This document shows, one piece after another, positions 1 to 8,718 of a DNA stretch of 64,000 bases (position 1 is the first letter of the stretch; each line of letters begins with the position of its first letter). A model generated the notes under the pieces. It saw only the letters and a list, made by a program, of their open reading frames with translations, did no database searches and was not told the origin of the DNA. Origin of the DNA: an uncultured virus (IMG/VR IMGVR_UViG_3300029319_000030). Lineage: Duplodnaviria > Heunggongvirae > Uroviricota > Caudoviricetes. The stretch lies in the IMG/VR virus record IMGVR_UViG_3300029319_000030, positions 1 through 64,000 of that record, one strand, 5' to 3'. Made by a program: the position numbers and the translations under genes.

Positions 1-102
1 TTTGAAAATCATTGTGATTTAGCATCACAAATTATAAGTGATGTTGAAAGTTTATTCGGCGTAGCTGATGAAGATGACGAGAGTAGTGCAACAGTACTTT
101 AG
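1..102 (+). CDS. 3' end of a hypothetical early gene (truncated by the window edge)
   Basis: Open frame from position 1 (FENHCDLASQ...SATVL) to TAG at 100-102. Confidence 0.5.
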   Translation, partial: FENHCDLASQIISDVESLFGVADEDDESSATVL

Positions 103-179
103 TACTAGCTACTCAAAGCCCTGTATAGGGCGAGCATAAAGCGACAATTCACGAAAATGTGCACAGCTTTATACTCAAT

Positions 180-285
180 AGCACGAACAGGAGTAATTGC
201 TTGCACTAGTAAACGTTTTCACGAGCTAGTGAGTAATGAAGGTTACTTGACGAAGTAGTGGGTTCGAGTCCCACTCGTGCTACTA
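180..285 (+). ncRNA. non-canonical tRNA-like RNA
   Basis: Acceptor stem AGCACGA(180-186)/TCGTGCT(275-281); T-arm GTGGG-TTCGAGT-CCCAC (258-274); variable-arm hairpin TACTT-GACG-AAGTA (244-257); long central helix 196-237; no D-stem; ends ACTA. Confidence 0.65.
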
Positions 286-297
286 AAATTTAATTAT

Positions 298-495
298 ATG
301 AAAAAAGAACTAGAAGAATTACAACCAAATAGAATGTTTGCTAATAGAGATACATTAGAAGAAGCGTTTAAAAATGGTATGGACATGTGCCAAAGATTAA
401 CTAACGGACAGTCTATATTTGGAATAACAGCTTTAATGGTAGTGTGGAATACATTAGCAGATCACTATGATATTACAAAGAAAGACACAAATTAA
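298..495 (+). CDS. hypothetical early protein
   Basis: ORF track 277..495; ATG at 298 preferred because 277 lies inside the tRNA-like element. Confidence 0.7.
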   Translation: MKKELEELQPNRMFANRDTLEEAFKNGMDMCQRLTNGQSIFGITALMVVWNTLADHYDITKKDTN

Positions 496-517
496 ATACG
501 AATAAAGTAAGATAATA
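485..517 (+). promoter_or_regulatory. putative early promoter TAAATACGA-N9-GATAATA
   Basis: Exact match to a motif present 8 times; 5 nt upstream of ATG 523. Confidence 0.8.
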
Positions 518-522
518 AATAT

Positions 523-786
523 ATGAAAAATTTATACGAAAAACTACAACCTGAAATACGTAAAAATATACAGGTTGACCTAAAAAAATATCCTCATACA
601 ACTATGAAGTTGATAGATACATTAAAGTCTGTTAACTTCTGGTCTGACTTAAAGGTAGAAGAAATGAGGTCAGTTATCAACCATTCACACTGTAATTTAA
701 TAAGCATTAGTCACATGGACTTGCTATGGGGTGACAAATTCCTAGTAAAAGATGATGAAGACTACGTAGTATCAATAACAGGATAA
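523..786 (+). CDS. hypothetical early protein
   Basis: 87-aa ORF directly after the repeated promoter motif. Confidence 0.7.
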   Translation: MKNLYEKLQPEIRKNIQVDLKKYPHTTMKLIDTLKSVNFWSDLKVEEMRSVINHSHCNLISISHMDLLWGDKFLVKDDEDYVVSITG

Positions 787-878
787 TGGAAATAATAACA
801 GATATAGGACTTAGTCCATATGGATTAGTAATAGCTTATGCTTTACTATTTATAATAGCAATAATAGAAGTAAAATAA
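786..878 (+). CDS. small single-TM peptide (30 aa)
   Basis: MEIITDIGLSPYGLVIAYALLFIIAIIEVK; start overlaps the upstream stop (TAATG) and it fills the gap to the next gene. Confidence 0.55.
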   Translation: MEIITDIGLSPYGLVIAYALLFIIAIIEVK

Positions 879-879
879 T

Positions 880-1293
880 ATGGCAACAAGAGCAACAATA
901 CATATTGCTAAGCGTGAAGAAGGAGTATCGTTTAGCGAAATACCAAACAAGACAATTGTGGACATTTATCATCACTATGATGGTTATCCTGAAGGTTTAG
1001 GTGTGACACTAGCATCTTATCTAAATGGTTATCATATAGTTAATGGTCTTGGTAGAAAAGGTGACAAGCTATTTAATGGTATTGGCTGTATGGCCGCTTC
1101 AATTATAGCTCATTTAAAAGATGAACCAGGTAATGTTTACATAGAAGACAAAGATCGACCACATACTTGGTTAGATTATAAATATTATGTTTGGGGTGAT
1201 TACTACAAATCTATATGGATTAGTATATTTGATGGTGATGAATGTATATTTGTAGGTAAACCTCAAGCGTTACTAGATAAGTACGCAGATTAA
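880..1293 (+). CDS. conserved phage hypothetical protein
   Basis: MATRA...IYHHYDGYPEGLG motif, typical of a common phage early-gene family. Confidence 0.75.
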   Translation: MATRATIHIAKREEGVSFSEIPNKTIVDIYHHYDGYPEGLGVTLASYLNGYHIVNGLGRKGDKLFNGIGCMAASIIAHLKDEPGNVYIEDKDRPHTWLDYKYYVWGDYYKSIWISIFDGDECIFVGKPQALLDKYAD

Positions 1294-1315
1294 ATACGAA
1301 TTACTATGGATAATA
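1283..1315 (+). promoter_or_regulatory. putative early promoter TAAATACGA-N9-GATAATA
   Basis: TAAATACGA 1291-1299, GATAATA 1309-1315. Confidence 0.75.
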
Positions 1316-1593
1316 TACGTGATGAAAATTTAAAACGATTAGGTAGATTTATAGCAGAAGAGTTAATAAATCTAGCTAAAGAAACCAACAGTGAAGACTG
1401 GGTAGAAGCTAATATGCGCGACCATATGATAGGAGAGTTAGCACGCTGTGTCACCCTTCAAAATCTATATTTAGACAGAGAAGAGTATGAAAAGTGTGCG
1501 ATAATGAAAGTTAGAATTATGGAATTAAGTGATAAATTAAATCTACCCATCGACACTGATTTAACAAACTTTGAAGATGAAGATGAAATATAA
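1306..1593 (+). CDS. hypothetical protein with UvrB/UvrC (UVR)-like motif
   Basis: REEYEKCAIMKVRI resembles the UVR consensus xExYExAAxxRD; the true start may be downstream because ATG 1306 lies inside the promoter motif. Confidence 0.6.
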   Translation: MDNIRDENLKRLGRFIAEELINLAKETNSEDWVEANMRDHMIGELARCVTLQNLYLDREEYEKCAIMKVRIMELSDKLNLPIDTDLTNFEDEDEI

Positions 1594-2455
1594 ACCAATG
1601 TTAGCTTACCCAGTAAGTGACAAACCAATAGATTACAAAAGTGTAGTGTATATGCAACCAAAGCTTGATGGCGTACGTTGTCTTATACAGGCAGAAAAGC
1701 TGCCATTTGATATGGGTTACGAGCCAGTAGCTTATTCACGTAATGATAAAGAATGGAAAAATATCAACCATATATTAGAAGAGTTGAAACCTTTTTTCCA
1801 GAAATATCCAGATGTTGTACTCGACGGTGAGTTATATAATCATGATTTTAAAGACGATTTTGAGTCTATAATATCTATGGTCAGAAAAACAAAACCGACT
1901 GACGAGGCACGTCTAGAATCAGCCAAACACGTACAATTTCATTGTTATGATTATGTACCTGGCCCGGCTTTGCATGAAGCTAAATACTCTAGTCGTATAA
2001 CTTGGCTTAAAAGAGAATTACAACCTAGTAATTGTATTAAGCATGTTTTTACGCAGCTAGTTAGCAGTGAGAAAGAAGCTAAGCAAGTTCATAAAAAGAA
2101 TTTAGCTGATGGTTATGAAGGTTCTATTGTAAGAATTAATGATGTTTACAAATGTGGTCGATCGTGGTCACTACGTAAGTTCAAAGATTTTCACGATGCT
2201 GAAGCTAATATAGTTGGTTATGAGGAAGGTAAAGGCAAGAGAGCTGGCACGTTAGGTAAGTTTTTAATGCAAGATGATGACGGTAACCATTTCGGTTGTC
2301 CACCCGGTAAAGGCCATAACTATAAAGATCTTGCAATAATGCTAGAAAATATACATCAGTATATGGGCCAACGTGCTACCTTCACTTTTTTTGAAAGAAC
2401 CAAAGCGGGTAGTTATAGACACCCATTATTTAAATGTATAAGAAATTATGAATAG
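1571..2455 (+). CDS. lig: ATP-dependent DNA ligase
   Basis: KLDGVR adenylation motif, LDGELY, GYEGSIVR, RKFK, C-terminal OB-fold ending RHPLFKCIR; start may be 1577 or 1583. Confidence 0.95.
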   Translation: MKMKMKYKPMLAYPVSDKPIDYKSVVYMQPKLDGVRCLIQAEKLPFDMGYEPVAYSRNDKEWKNINHILEELKPFFQKYPDVVLDGELYNHDFKDDFESIISMVRKTKPTDEARLESAKHVQFHCYDYVPGPALHEAKYSSRITWLKRELQPSNCIKHVFTQLVSSEKEAKQVHKKNLADGYEGSIVRINDVYKCGRSWSLRKFKDFHDAEANIVGYEEGKGKRAGTLGKFLMQDDDGNHFGCPPGKGHNYKDLAIMLENIHQYMGQRATFTFFERTKAGSYRHPLFKCIRNYE

Positions 2456-2457
2456 TT

Positions 2458-2934
2458 ATGAACATATTTTACCTTGACAAATGCCCGGTAAAGGCAGCTA
2501 AATACCAATATAACAAACATGTAGTAAAGATGATACTTGAGTCTGCCCAGATGTTATGTACTGCTCATCATTGTGTTATGGGTGAAGATGCTGATGTGCC
2601 TTATAAAGTAGCACATAAAAACCATCCATCAACAATATGGGCTAGAAGATCTGCTAATAATTACGCTTGGTTATACAAACATTTTGTAGCTTTATCAGAA
2701 GAGTATAAAAGACGCTACAATAAAGAACACTTATCTTATACTAAATGTGACCAATACTTACGTATGTTACCAGGTGGTTTAGCCTGGTCAGGTCTAACAG
2801 AAATACCTCAGTGCATGCCAGATGAGTATAAAGATAAATGTAGTATACAAGCTTATTGGAACTATTACATAGGTGAAAAGCATGTAGTAGCTCATGAATC
2901 AGAAACTATATATAAAACTAGACCAAATGGATAA
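2458..2934 (+). CDS. pyrimidine-dimer DNA glycosylase family protein (DenV-related)
   Basis: MNIFYLD...KHVVKMILESAQMLCTAH...HKNHPSTIWAR...PQCMPDEYK. Confidence 0.75.
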   Translation: MNIFYLDKCPVKAAKYQYNKHVVKMILESAQMLCTAHHCVMGEDADVPYKVAHKNHPSTIWARRSANNYAWLYKHFVALSEEYKRRYNKEHLSYTKCDQYLRMLPGGLAWSGLTEIPQCMPDEYKDKCSIQAYWNYYIGEKHVVAHESETIYKTRPNG

Positions 2935-3025
2935 AAGATTATTAATAAAAATTGAAAAGTTTAATAAAATAAAGTATAATAAAAATAATTCTAAAAGAAT
3001 TATTATAGGGACATTGAAACCAAAC

Positions 3026-3072
3026 TGTGACAAAAGCCTTAAATAATATCCTAGTAATAGGCTAATGTCACA
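3026..3072. repeat. inverted repeat TGTGACA-N33-TGTCACA
   Basis: TGTGACA-aa-AGCCT...AGGCT-aa-TGTCACA, 9 nt upstream of ATG 3082; sister element at 60866-60913. Confidence 0.65.
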
Positions 3073-3081
3073 CAAAGCAAT

Positions 3082-3702
3082 ATGGAAAGACAGTTTAAGT
3101 ATTTAATTAATCGCAGAGTTGTATGGCGACAAGAACCTACGACTGATATACCTGATGAAGAAACAAATGAATACATGTTTTTTAAGAATGGTACGTACCA
3201 GTATTATAACTTGTTTAGAAGCAAGGCGAAGATTACAACTTACAGATCTTTCAAATGGCACATGCTAGTTCTATGGTATTTAAATCCTAGCTGGGAAAAG
3301 AAAGATGCGTTAGATATAGCTATGTATTTATCTTACAAACCAAATGGTTTTACTACATTTACAATTAACAAATGGAACGTAGAACGATTAGTTGAAGATG
3401 TGTATAACATGGAACTAGATGAGCCACCAAGAAACAAACTTAGGAAAATTGTATTTAAGCAATTTACTGGTTTAGATAAAATAGATAAACTACGTATAGT
3501 TGGTAAACTTATAGGTAGGTTAAAAGGTGTGGACAGCACTGATATATATGAAGCGATGTTACAAATCAATTACGAAGGTGAAAAGATAATAATATCAAAG
3601 CTTGCAAAAATGCTAAATGTAACACCAAGAACAATATACAGGCGTATGAATAAATACCCTGAACTAAAACAAGAAAAAGAAATATTAAATGAAGAAACTT
3701 AG
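3082..3702 (+). CDS. HTH DNA-binding protein (possible replication initiator or regulator)
   Basis: C-terminal helix-turn-helix ISKLAKMLNVTPRTIYRRM. Confidence 0.7.
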   Translation: MERQFKYLINRRVVWRQEPTTDIPDEETNEYMFFKNGTYQYYNLFRSKAKITTYRSFKWHMLVLWYLNPSWEKKDALDIAMYLSYKPNGFTTFTINKWNVERLVEDVYNMELDEPPRNKLRKIVFKQFTGLDKIDKLRIVGKLIGRLKGVDSTDIYEAMLQINYEGEKIIISKLAKMLNVTPRTIYRRMNKYPELKQEKEILNEET

Positions 3703-4138
3703 AATATATGTAGACATGGACGGAGTCATTGCTGACTTTGAAAAAGCTAAAAAGCTTTTACCGGTCAAAAAGCAAGGTAGACCAGACTTACATGTCGACT
3801 ACCTATACTTAGATATAATACCTGGTGCTGAAGAAGCGATGAGCTATTTGAACGAGCATCATGAGGTATTCATAGCGTCGACTCCTCCATGGTCTAGAAT
3901 ACAGTGCTGGGCTGACAAGCGTGCGTGGCTTGAGCAATGGTTCCCAGACTTAAAACGTAAACTAATTCTCACGCACAGAAAAGATTTATTAATAGGTGAT
4001 GTACTAATTGATGATAGTCAGTATAGAGGCCAACCAGACTTTCAAGGTGAATGGTTTTGGTTTAACAAGAACTGGACTAACAGAGATTGGAAAGCATGCT
4101 TAAAATTTATTAAAAAATTAGAAAATGAAAAAGTATAA
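3689..4138 (+). CDS. 5'(3')-deoxyribonucleotidase, HAD superfamily (NT5C-like)
   Basis: YVDMDGVIADF motif I; K..WL; LILTHRKDLLIGDVLIDD. Confidence 0.9.
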   Translation: MKKLRIYVDMDGVIADFEKAKKLLPVKKQGRPDLHVDYLYLDIIPGAEEAMSYLNEHHEVFIASTPPWSRIQCWADKRAWLEQWFPDLKRKLILTHRKDLLIGDVLIDDSQYRGQPDFQGEWFWFNKNWTNRDWKACLKFIKKLENEKV

Positions 4139-4880
4139 CGTACAAAATTATGTAAGGTGGAAACACGATATGGCTAGTTGCTTAAAGCGATTACCACACG
4201 CACCTTACGAAGAGCTTAGCAGAGATGATTTAATCATTAAGTTCTTACCATTAGTAGAAAATCTAGCTAGAAAGTTTTCAACAGCTCAAACAGCTTGTGG
4301 CATACTAACTATAAACGATTTGATACAAGAAGGTAATAGAGGTTTATGCGCAGGTGTAGACAGAATAGAGTGGGACACAATATTAGATGCAGATGAACCA
4401 GCTAAAAGATTAAAATCATTTTTATCTAAACGTATTAAAGGCGCTATACGTAGAGGTATTAATAGCAATAGAGGTACTATGCGTATACCAGAGCACAAGC
4501 TAAATGAAATACGTAAAGATTTTGGTGAAGATCGTAAAGCTGTTGAGTTATTTTTTAACTCAGTATTTACAAGTCTTGACGATGGCACACCAGAGCAGCA
4601 AGCCGCTGCTTATAACATACCAGATGTTAAGCAGTATAATAAAGAGTTACTATCAGCTTACTTAAAAGCTTTAATGGTACAGTATCTAAATCCAAAAGAG
4701 TATCAAGTGCTTAGATTATCTTATGGTTTAGACTGTGACAAGCGATCAGCTAAAGAAATAGCTGACATATTAGGTATAAAAGGTAGTAGCTCTTATGTAC
4801 GTATATCACAGTTAAAAAAGGTAGCAATTGACAAGCTTATCGAGAAGGTTCCTTACTCGCAAGTGGTTGACTATCTGTAA
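4125..4880 (+). CDS. sigma-70 family RNA polymerase sigma factor
   Basis: Region 2 (LPLVENLARKF...DLIQEGNRGL...RIKGAIRR...MRIP) and region 4 (LNPKEYQVLRLSYGL...SAKEIADILGI...RISQLKKVAIDKL). Confidence 0.92.
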   Translation: MKKYNVQNYVRWKHDMASCLKRLPHAPYEELSRDDLIIKFLPLVENLARKFSTAQTACGILTINDLIQEGNRGLCAGVDRIEWDTILDADEPAKRLKSFLSKRIKGAIRRGINSNRGTMRIPEHKLNEIRKDFGEDRKAVELFFNSVFTSLDDGTPEQQAAAYNIPDVKQYNKELLSAYLKALMVQYLNPKEYQVLRLSYGLDCDKRSAKEIADILGIKGSSSYVRISQLKKVAIDKLIEKVPYSQVVDYL

Positions 4881-4906
4881 GTTACTCGTGTAAATAACTA
4901 AATTAA

Positions 4907-4922
4907 TGTGTAATTATATATA
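4907..4922 (+). promoter_or_regulatory. putative middle/late promoter RTGTRAYWAY
   Basis: GTGTAATTATAT between the sigma gene and the replication operon; matches five minus-strand sites. Confidence 0.55.
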
Positions 4923-4942
4923 TAGACCAAAACCTATAAACC

Positions 4943-5497
4943 ATGAAAGAATTAAACAAAAAACTATCAGTTATACAAACTGAATTAAAAGCAAAAAAGT
5001 CTTCTTATAATTCCTTCGGTAAGTATTATTTCCGTAAGGCAGAAGATATTCTCGAGGCAGTTAAGCCTTTCTTATTGAGAGAGGGTGTGTCAGTGAGGCT
5101 CGATGAAGAGTTAATACACGACACTCCTCCAACTCTCAAGTCAACAGCTATCATATCTGATGGCGAAAATTCAATACAAGCAACAGCAATAGTAGGTGTA
5201 GACCTTAATCAAAAGGGTATGCAAACAGCACAGCAATTTGGTGCGGCATCATCTTATGGAAAAAAGTATGCGTTAGGTAATTTATTTCTAATAGATGATA
5301 CAGCCGATGCTGACTCTACTAATGGACACGGTAAAGTTGCAAACTTAGTAAATAAGGCAAAGCCTGTTATGACTAGTCAGCAGCTTGACAAAGCTATTGA
5401 TTTTGTACAGAAAGGAGGGGCTATAACTGCTATCGAGTCTAAATATAATGTAACTAGTAAACAACTAGAAGCATTAAAAGTTGTAGCAGATGAATAA
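4943..5497 (+). CDS. ERF-family single-strand annealing protein
   Basis: K..YNSFGKYYFRKAEDILEAVKP...AQQFGAASSYGKKYALGNLFLIDDT.DAD. Confidence 0.9.
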   Translation: MKELNKKLSVIQTELKAKKSSYNSFGKYYFRKAEDILEAVKPFLLREGVSVRLDEELIHDTPPTLKSTAIISDGENSIQATAIVGVDLNQKGMQTAQQFGAASSYGKKYALGNLFLIDDTADADSTNGHGKVANLVNKAKPVMTSQQLDKAIDFVQKGGAITAIESKYNVTSKQLEALKVVADE

Positions 5498-6221
5498 AAA
5501 AGAAATAATAAAAAAACTAGAACAGGACGAGCATTACTATGGAGAATATGGCAAGCAGTTCTTGAGTAACTCAGATATATCTACGTTACTTAAAAACCCT
5601 TTGTTGTACGGTGAACAAAAACCAAAAACTACTGCGATGGTTATAGGTGGCTATTTTCACACAGCAATATTAGAACCTGATAAACTTAAAAGCTTTAAAA
5701 TTATAAAGTCAAGTACTAGAAATACTAAAGTATACAAAGAGATGTCAGGTGGTGAGATATGCTTATTGCAACATGAGGTTGATAAAATAGAGTTAATGCA
5801 GGAAGCAATTATGGATAACAAGATCTGTAGAGAATTAATCAACGGTAACAACGTTAATTATGAAGTACCAGGCGTTGCAGAAATATTTAGTAACAACTGG
5901 AAAGGTAAAGCAGATATTGTTAACCACGATGAACAACTTGTTATAGACCTTAAAACAACTAGCGATATAGACAAGTTTAAATGGTCATCTTCTAAATTTA
6001 ACTATGACAGTCAAGCGTATATCTATAGATTACTATTTGATTATGATATGGTGTTTATGGTAATAGACAAAGAAACATTACAAATAGGTTTGTTCGACTG
6101 TTCTAGTGATTTTTATATGTCCGGTAGGGACAAAGTACGTAAAGCTACTGACGCGTACGAACTGTTTTATAAGACAGAAGATTTTGACAGTAAGCAATAT
6201 TTAATAACTAAAACCCTTTAA
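5490..6221 (+). CDS. PD-(D/E)XK exonuclease (RecE/DUF3799-like)
   Basis: LSNSDI, GGYFHTAILEP, KGKADIV...VIDLKTT, YDSQAYIY; adjacent to ERF. Confidence 0.85.
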   Translation: MNKKEIIKKLEQDEHYYGEYGKQFLSNSDISTLLKNPLLYGEQKPKTTAMVIGGYFHTAILEPDKLKSFKIIKSSTRNTKVYKEMSGGEICLLQHEVDKIELMQEAIMDNKICRELINGNNVNYEVPGVAEIFSNNWKGKADIVNHDEQLVIDLKTTSDIDKFKWSSSKFNYDSQAYIYRLLFDYDMVFMVIDKETLQIGLFDCSSDFYMSGRDKVRKATDAYELFYKTEDFDSKQYLITKTL

Positions 6222-6225
6222 TACC

Positions 6226-6414
6226 ATGAAGTATAAAATGAAGACCTGTGCGATATCAGGTAAAAAATTCAGAGCAAATAATAAAAACTTCTACGTAAAC
6301 AATAACTCTAAAGATGGTTTACATCCTTATTCTAAAAGTATGGATAACATGAGAAGAGCATTGAATGTTTCTGTAGATAAAGTAAAATCATTAGTTAACT
6401 TAATAAATTCGTAA
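6226..6414 (+). CDS. small hypothetical protein (degenerate zinc-ribbon-like)
   Basis: KTCAISGK...FY...SKDGL pattern; in operon. Confidence 0.6.
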   Translation: MKYKMKTCAISGKKFRANNKNFYVNNNSKDGLHPYSKSMDNMRRALNVSVDKVKSLVNLINS

Positions 6415-6415
6415 T

Positions 6416-6727
6416 ATGGCAAGTATAATAAAAACTTCTATAAATCTTTCTGAAATACCGAAAGATAAAATATATGTAGGTAAAAAAGGTAAATACCTAC
6501 CTATAACAATAACACTGAACGATGAGGTTGATCAGTTTGGTAACCAAGGTCCAGTAGTTGTTGAGCAGACAAAAGAAGAGCGTGAATCTAAAACAGCAAG
6601 AACCTACTTAGGTAATGCTAAAGTTGTGTGGACAAACGGTCAGAACGTTGAGCCTGCACCAAGAGATAATCAACCTGAAGCTGCACCTGCAGCTGCGGCA
6701 GTTAAACCTGAAGATTTACCATTTTAA
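6416..6727 (+). CDS. putative single-stranded DNA-binding protein
   Basis: Beta-rich core, flexible Ala/Pro tail ending EDLPF; between recombination genes and primase-helicase. Confidence 0.7.
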   Translation: MASIIKTSINLSEIPKDKIYVGKKGKYLPITITLNDEVDQFGNQGPVVVEQTKEERESKTARTYLGNAKVVWTNGQNVEPAPRDNQPEAAPAAAAVKPEDLPF

Positions 6728-6730
6728 TAT

Positions 6731-8458
6731 ATGCAAGTAGAAAATACAGAGATCAATGGATTTGTGATTGACAAGTTCAATCAACATGGCCTAGAAGTAG
6801 GTAAGACACAGGGCGTATGTCCTTGGTCTGCTAAATGTAGGAAGCCCGAAAATAGGAAGAAGAAGTGTGCTTCCTATGACTGGGAACGTGGTCTCGGTAC
6901 TTGTCATAACTGTAACAATAGTTTTCAACTACATACGTATCAACGTAAAGGTAATGCTAACAAAGAATATGTTAAGCCAATACCAGTTGAAGTATTTGAG
7001 CCAGTTGTTGACAAGGTTGCTGAATGGTTTAAAACTAGAGGCATATCACCAGCTTCCCTTCGTGACCTAAATGTTACTACAGGTGAAGAGTATATGCCTC
7101 AAACTGGCAAGAAGGAAAATACTATACAATTTAATTACATGATGGGTGATGAGCTTATTAATGTAAAGTATAGAGATGCTAGAAAAAACTTTAAGCTATA
7201 TAAGGGTGCTGAAAAGATATTTTATAATATCAATAGTATTGTTGGGTATGACTGGTGCGTTATTGTTGAAGGCGAAATGGATGCATTAGCATTACACGAA
7301 GCTGGAATTAAAAACGTAGTGTCAGTACCCAACGGTGCTACACTCAACAGCAACAACTTAGACTACTTAGATAACTGTATAGATTATTTTGAAGACAAAG
7401 AAAAAATAATACTAGCAGTTGATGCTGATGAAGCTGGCCAAGCTTTAAGGTACGAGTTTATTAGACGTCTTGGCGCTGAAGTCTGTTACTTAGTAGACTT
7501 TAACGGTAACAAAGATGCTAATGACTTTTTAATTGAACACGGGGCAGAAGAACTTAGAAAAGTTATAACATCTGCTACTCAAGTACCACTTGAAGGTGTA
7601 TCAACGTTACGTGATCTTGAAGCTGATTTATTAGACTTTGTACACAATGGTTTTAAACCTGGTTATCAAGTTGGTTTAGAGAACTTCGATAGAATATTCT
7701 CTACATACACGTCGCAGTTTATTACTGTAACAGGTATACCATCATCTGGTAAATCAGATTTTGTAGACCAAATGTGTGTAGGTTATAATAGAAACTACGG
7801 CTGGAAAACAGCATATGCGTCACCAGAAAACAAACCTAATTTTCTACACGCTCACAAGCTAATACGTAAAACATGGGAAGGTTTGCCTACCAAAGATGAT
7901 ATTGGTACGGCTAAATGGAAACAAGTTACCGATCATGTTAATGATAATTATTTTTTCATTGATATGGATAGATATACTCTTGAAGATGTATTACGTAAAG
8001 GCGCTGAGCTTGTCAAACGTAAAGGCATTAAATGTTTAGTCATTGATCCTTTTAATAAAATTAGAGATGTTGACTGTAAGTCCGAAGATGTTAATCGTTA
8101 CACTATGGAATATCTTACAAAGATAGAAACGTTTGCAAAGAAGTATGATGTACTAGTAATTGTTGTAGCGCATCCTACTAAAATGTATCGTGATAAAGAA
8201 GGTAAGATTGAAGAGCCAACGATGTACAGCATCAAAGGCGGTGGCGAGTGGTATGATGCTAGTTACCACGGCTTGTTAGTTCACAGAGATTATGACGCTC
8301 AAACGGTTAAAGCTAAAGTATTGAAAGTTAAGTTTCAAAACTTAGGTGAAAACCAAGCTGAAGCTCATTTTAACTGGGAGCCAAAGTCTGGTAGCTACAT
8401 ACCACTAATAACAGATAATGAAGTTAATAATGTAGGTGCATTGCCATGGGAGAACTAA
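6731..8458 (+). CDS. primase-helicase (T7 gp4/Twinkle-like)
   Basis: N-terminal Cys zinc finger, TOPRIM (IVEGEMDAL, DADEAG, KDAND), SF4 helicase Walker A GIPSSGKS, VIDP, VVAHP. Confidence 0.95.
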   Translation: MQVENTEINGFVIDKFNQHGLEVGKTQGVCPWSAKCRKPENRKKKCASYDWERGLGTCHNCNNSFQLHTYQRKGNANKEYVKPIPVEVFEPVVDKVAEWFKTRGISPASLRDLNVTTGEEYMPQTGKKENTIQFNYMMGDELINVKYRDARKNFKLYKGAEKIFYNINSIVGYDWCVIVEGEMDALALHEAGIKNVVSVPNGATLNSNNLDYLDNCIDYFEDKEKIILAVDADEAGQALRYEFIRRLGAEVCYLVDFNGNKDANDFLIEHGAEELRKVITSATQVPLEGVSTLRDLEADLLDFVHNGFKPGYQVGLENFDRIFSTYTSQFITVTGIPSSGKSDFVDQMCVGYNRNYGWKTAYASPENKPNFLHAHKLIRKTWEGLPTKDDIGTAKWKQVTDHVNDNYFFIDMDRYTLEDVLRKGAELVKRKGIKCLVIDPFNKIRDVDCKSEDVNRYTMEYLTKIETFAKKYDVLVIVVAHPTKMYRDKEGKIEEPTMYSIKGGGEWYDASYHGLLVHRDYDAQTVKAKVLKVKFQNLGENQAEAHFNWEPKSGSYIPLITDNEVNNVGALPWEN

Positions 8459-8718
8459 AAGAAGAACATGGTAAATATCCTCCGCATACTAGAACTACTG
8501 TCGAAGAACTAGAAACTTATATATGGTGCTTTGCTAATAGAATAACTATAGCACCTATGCCTTTGTGGGGCGATGAGTTTGGTAAGTGGACAGTTAGAAT
8601 AAAAATTATAGACAAAGAACACCAAGACCCAGGTAGATATACTAAATGGGAAGCTATGGAAAAAGTCTATGAGTATTGCGATTATTATTATAATAAATAT
8701 AGGAAAGATGATAAATAA
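8446..8718 (+). CDS. hypothetical protein
   Basis: 90-aa ORF overlapping both neighbours. Confidence 0.65.
   Translation: MGELKEEHGKYPPHTRTTVEELETYIWCFANRITIAPMPLWGDEFGKWTVRIKIIDKEHQDPGRYTKWEAMEKVYEYCDYYYNKYRKDDK

Noticed and set aside
180..285. tRNA-Sec or a UGA suppressor tRNA (TTCA in the central loop, possible 8+5 stem, variable arm)
   Set aside because: No D-stem, no 7-nt anticodon loop on a 5-6 bp stem, no G discriminator or CCA, and no genes interrupted by TGA.
2927..3046. 39-aa K/N/I-rich ORF between the glycosylase and HTH genes
   Set aside because: Low-complexity AT-rich sequence overlapping the inverted repeat; coding status cannot be supported.
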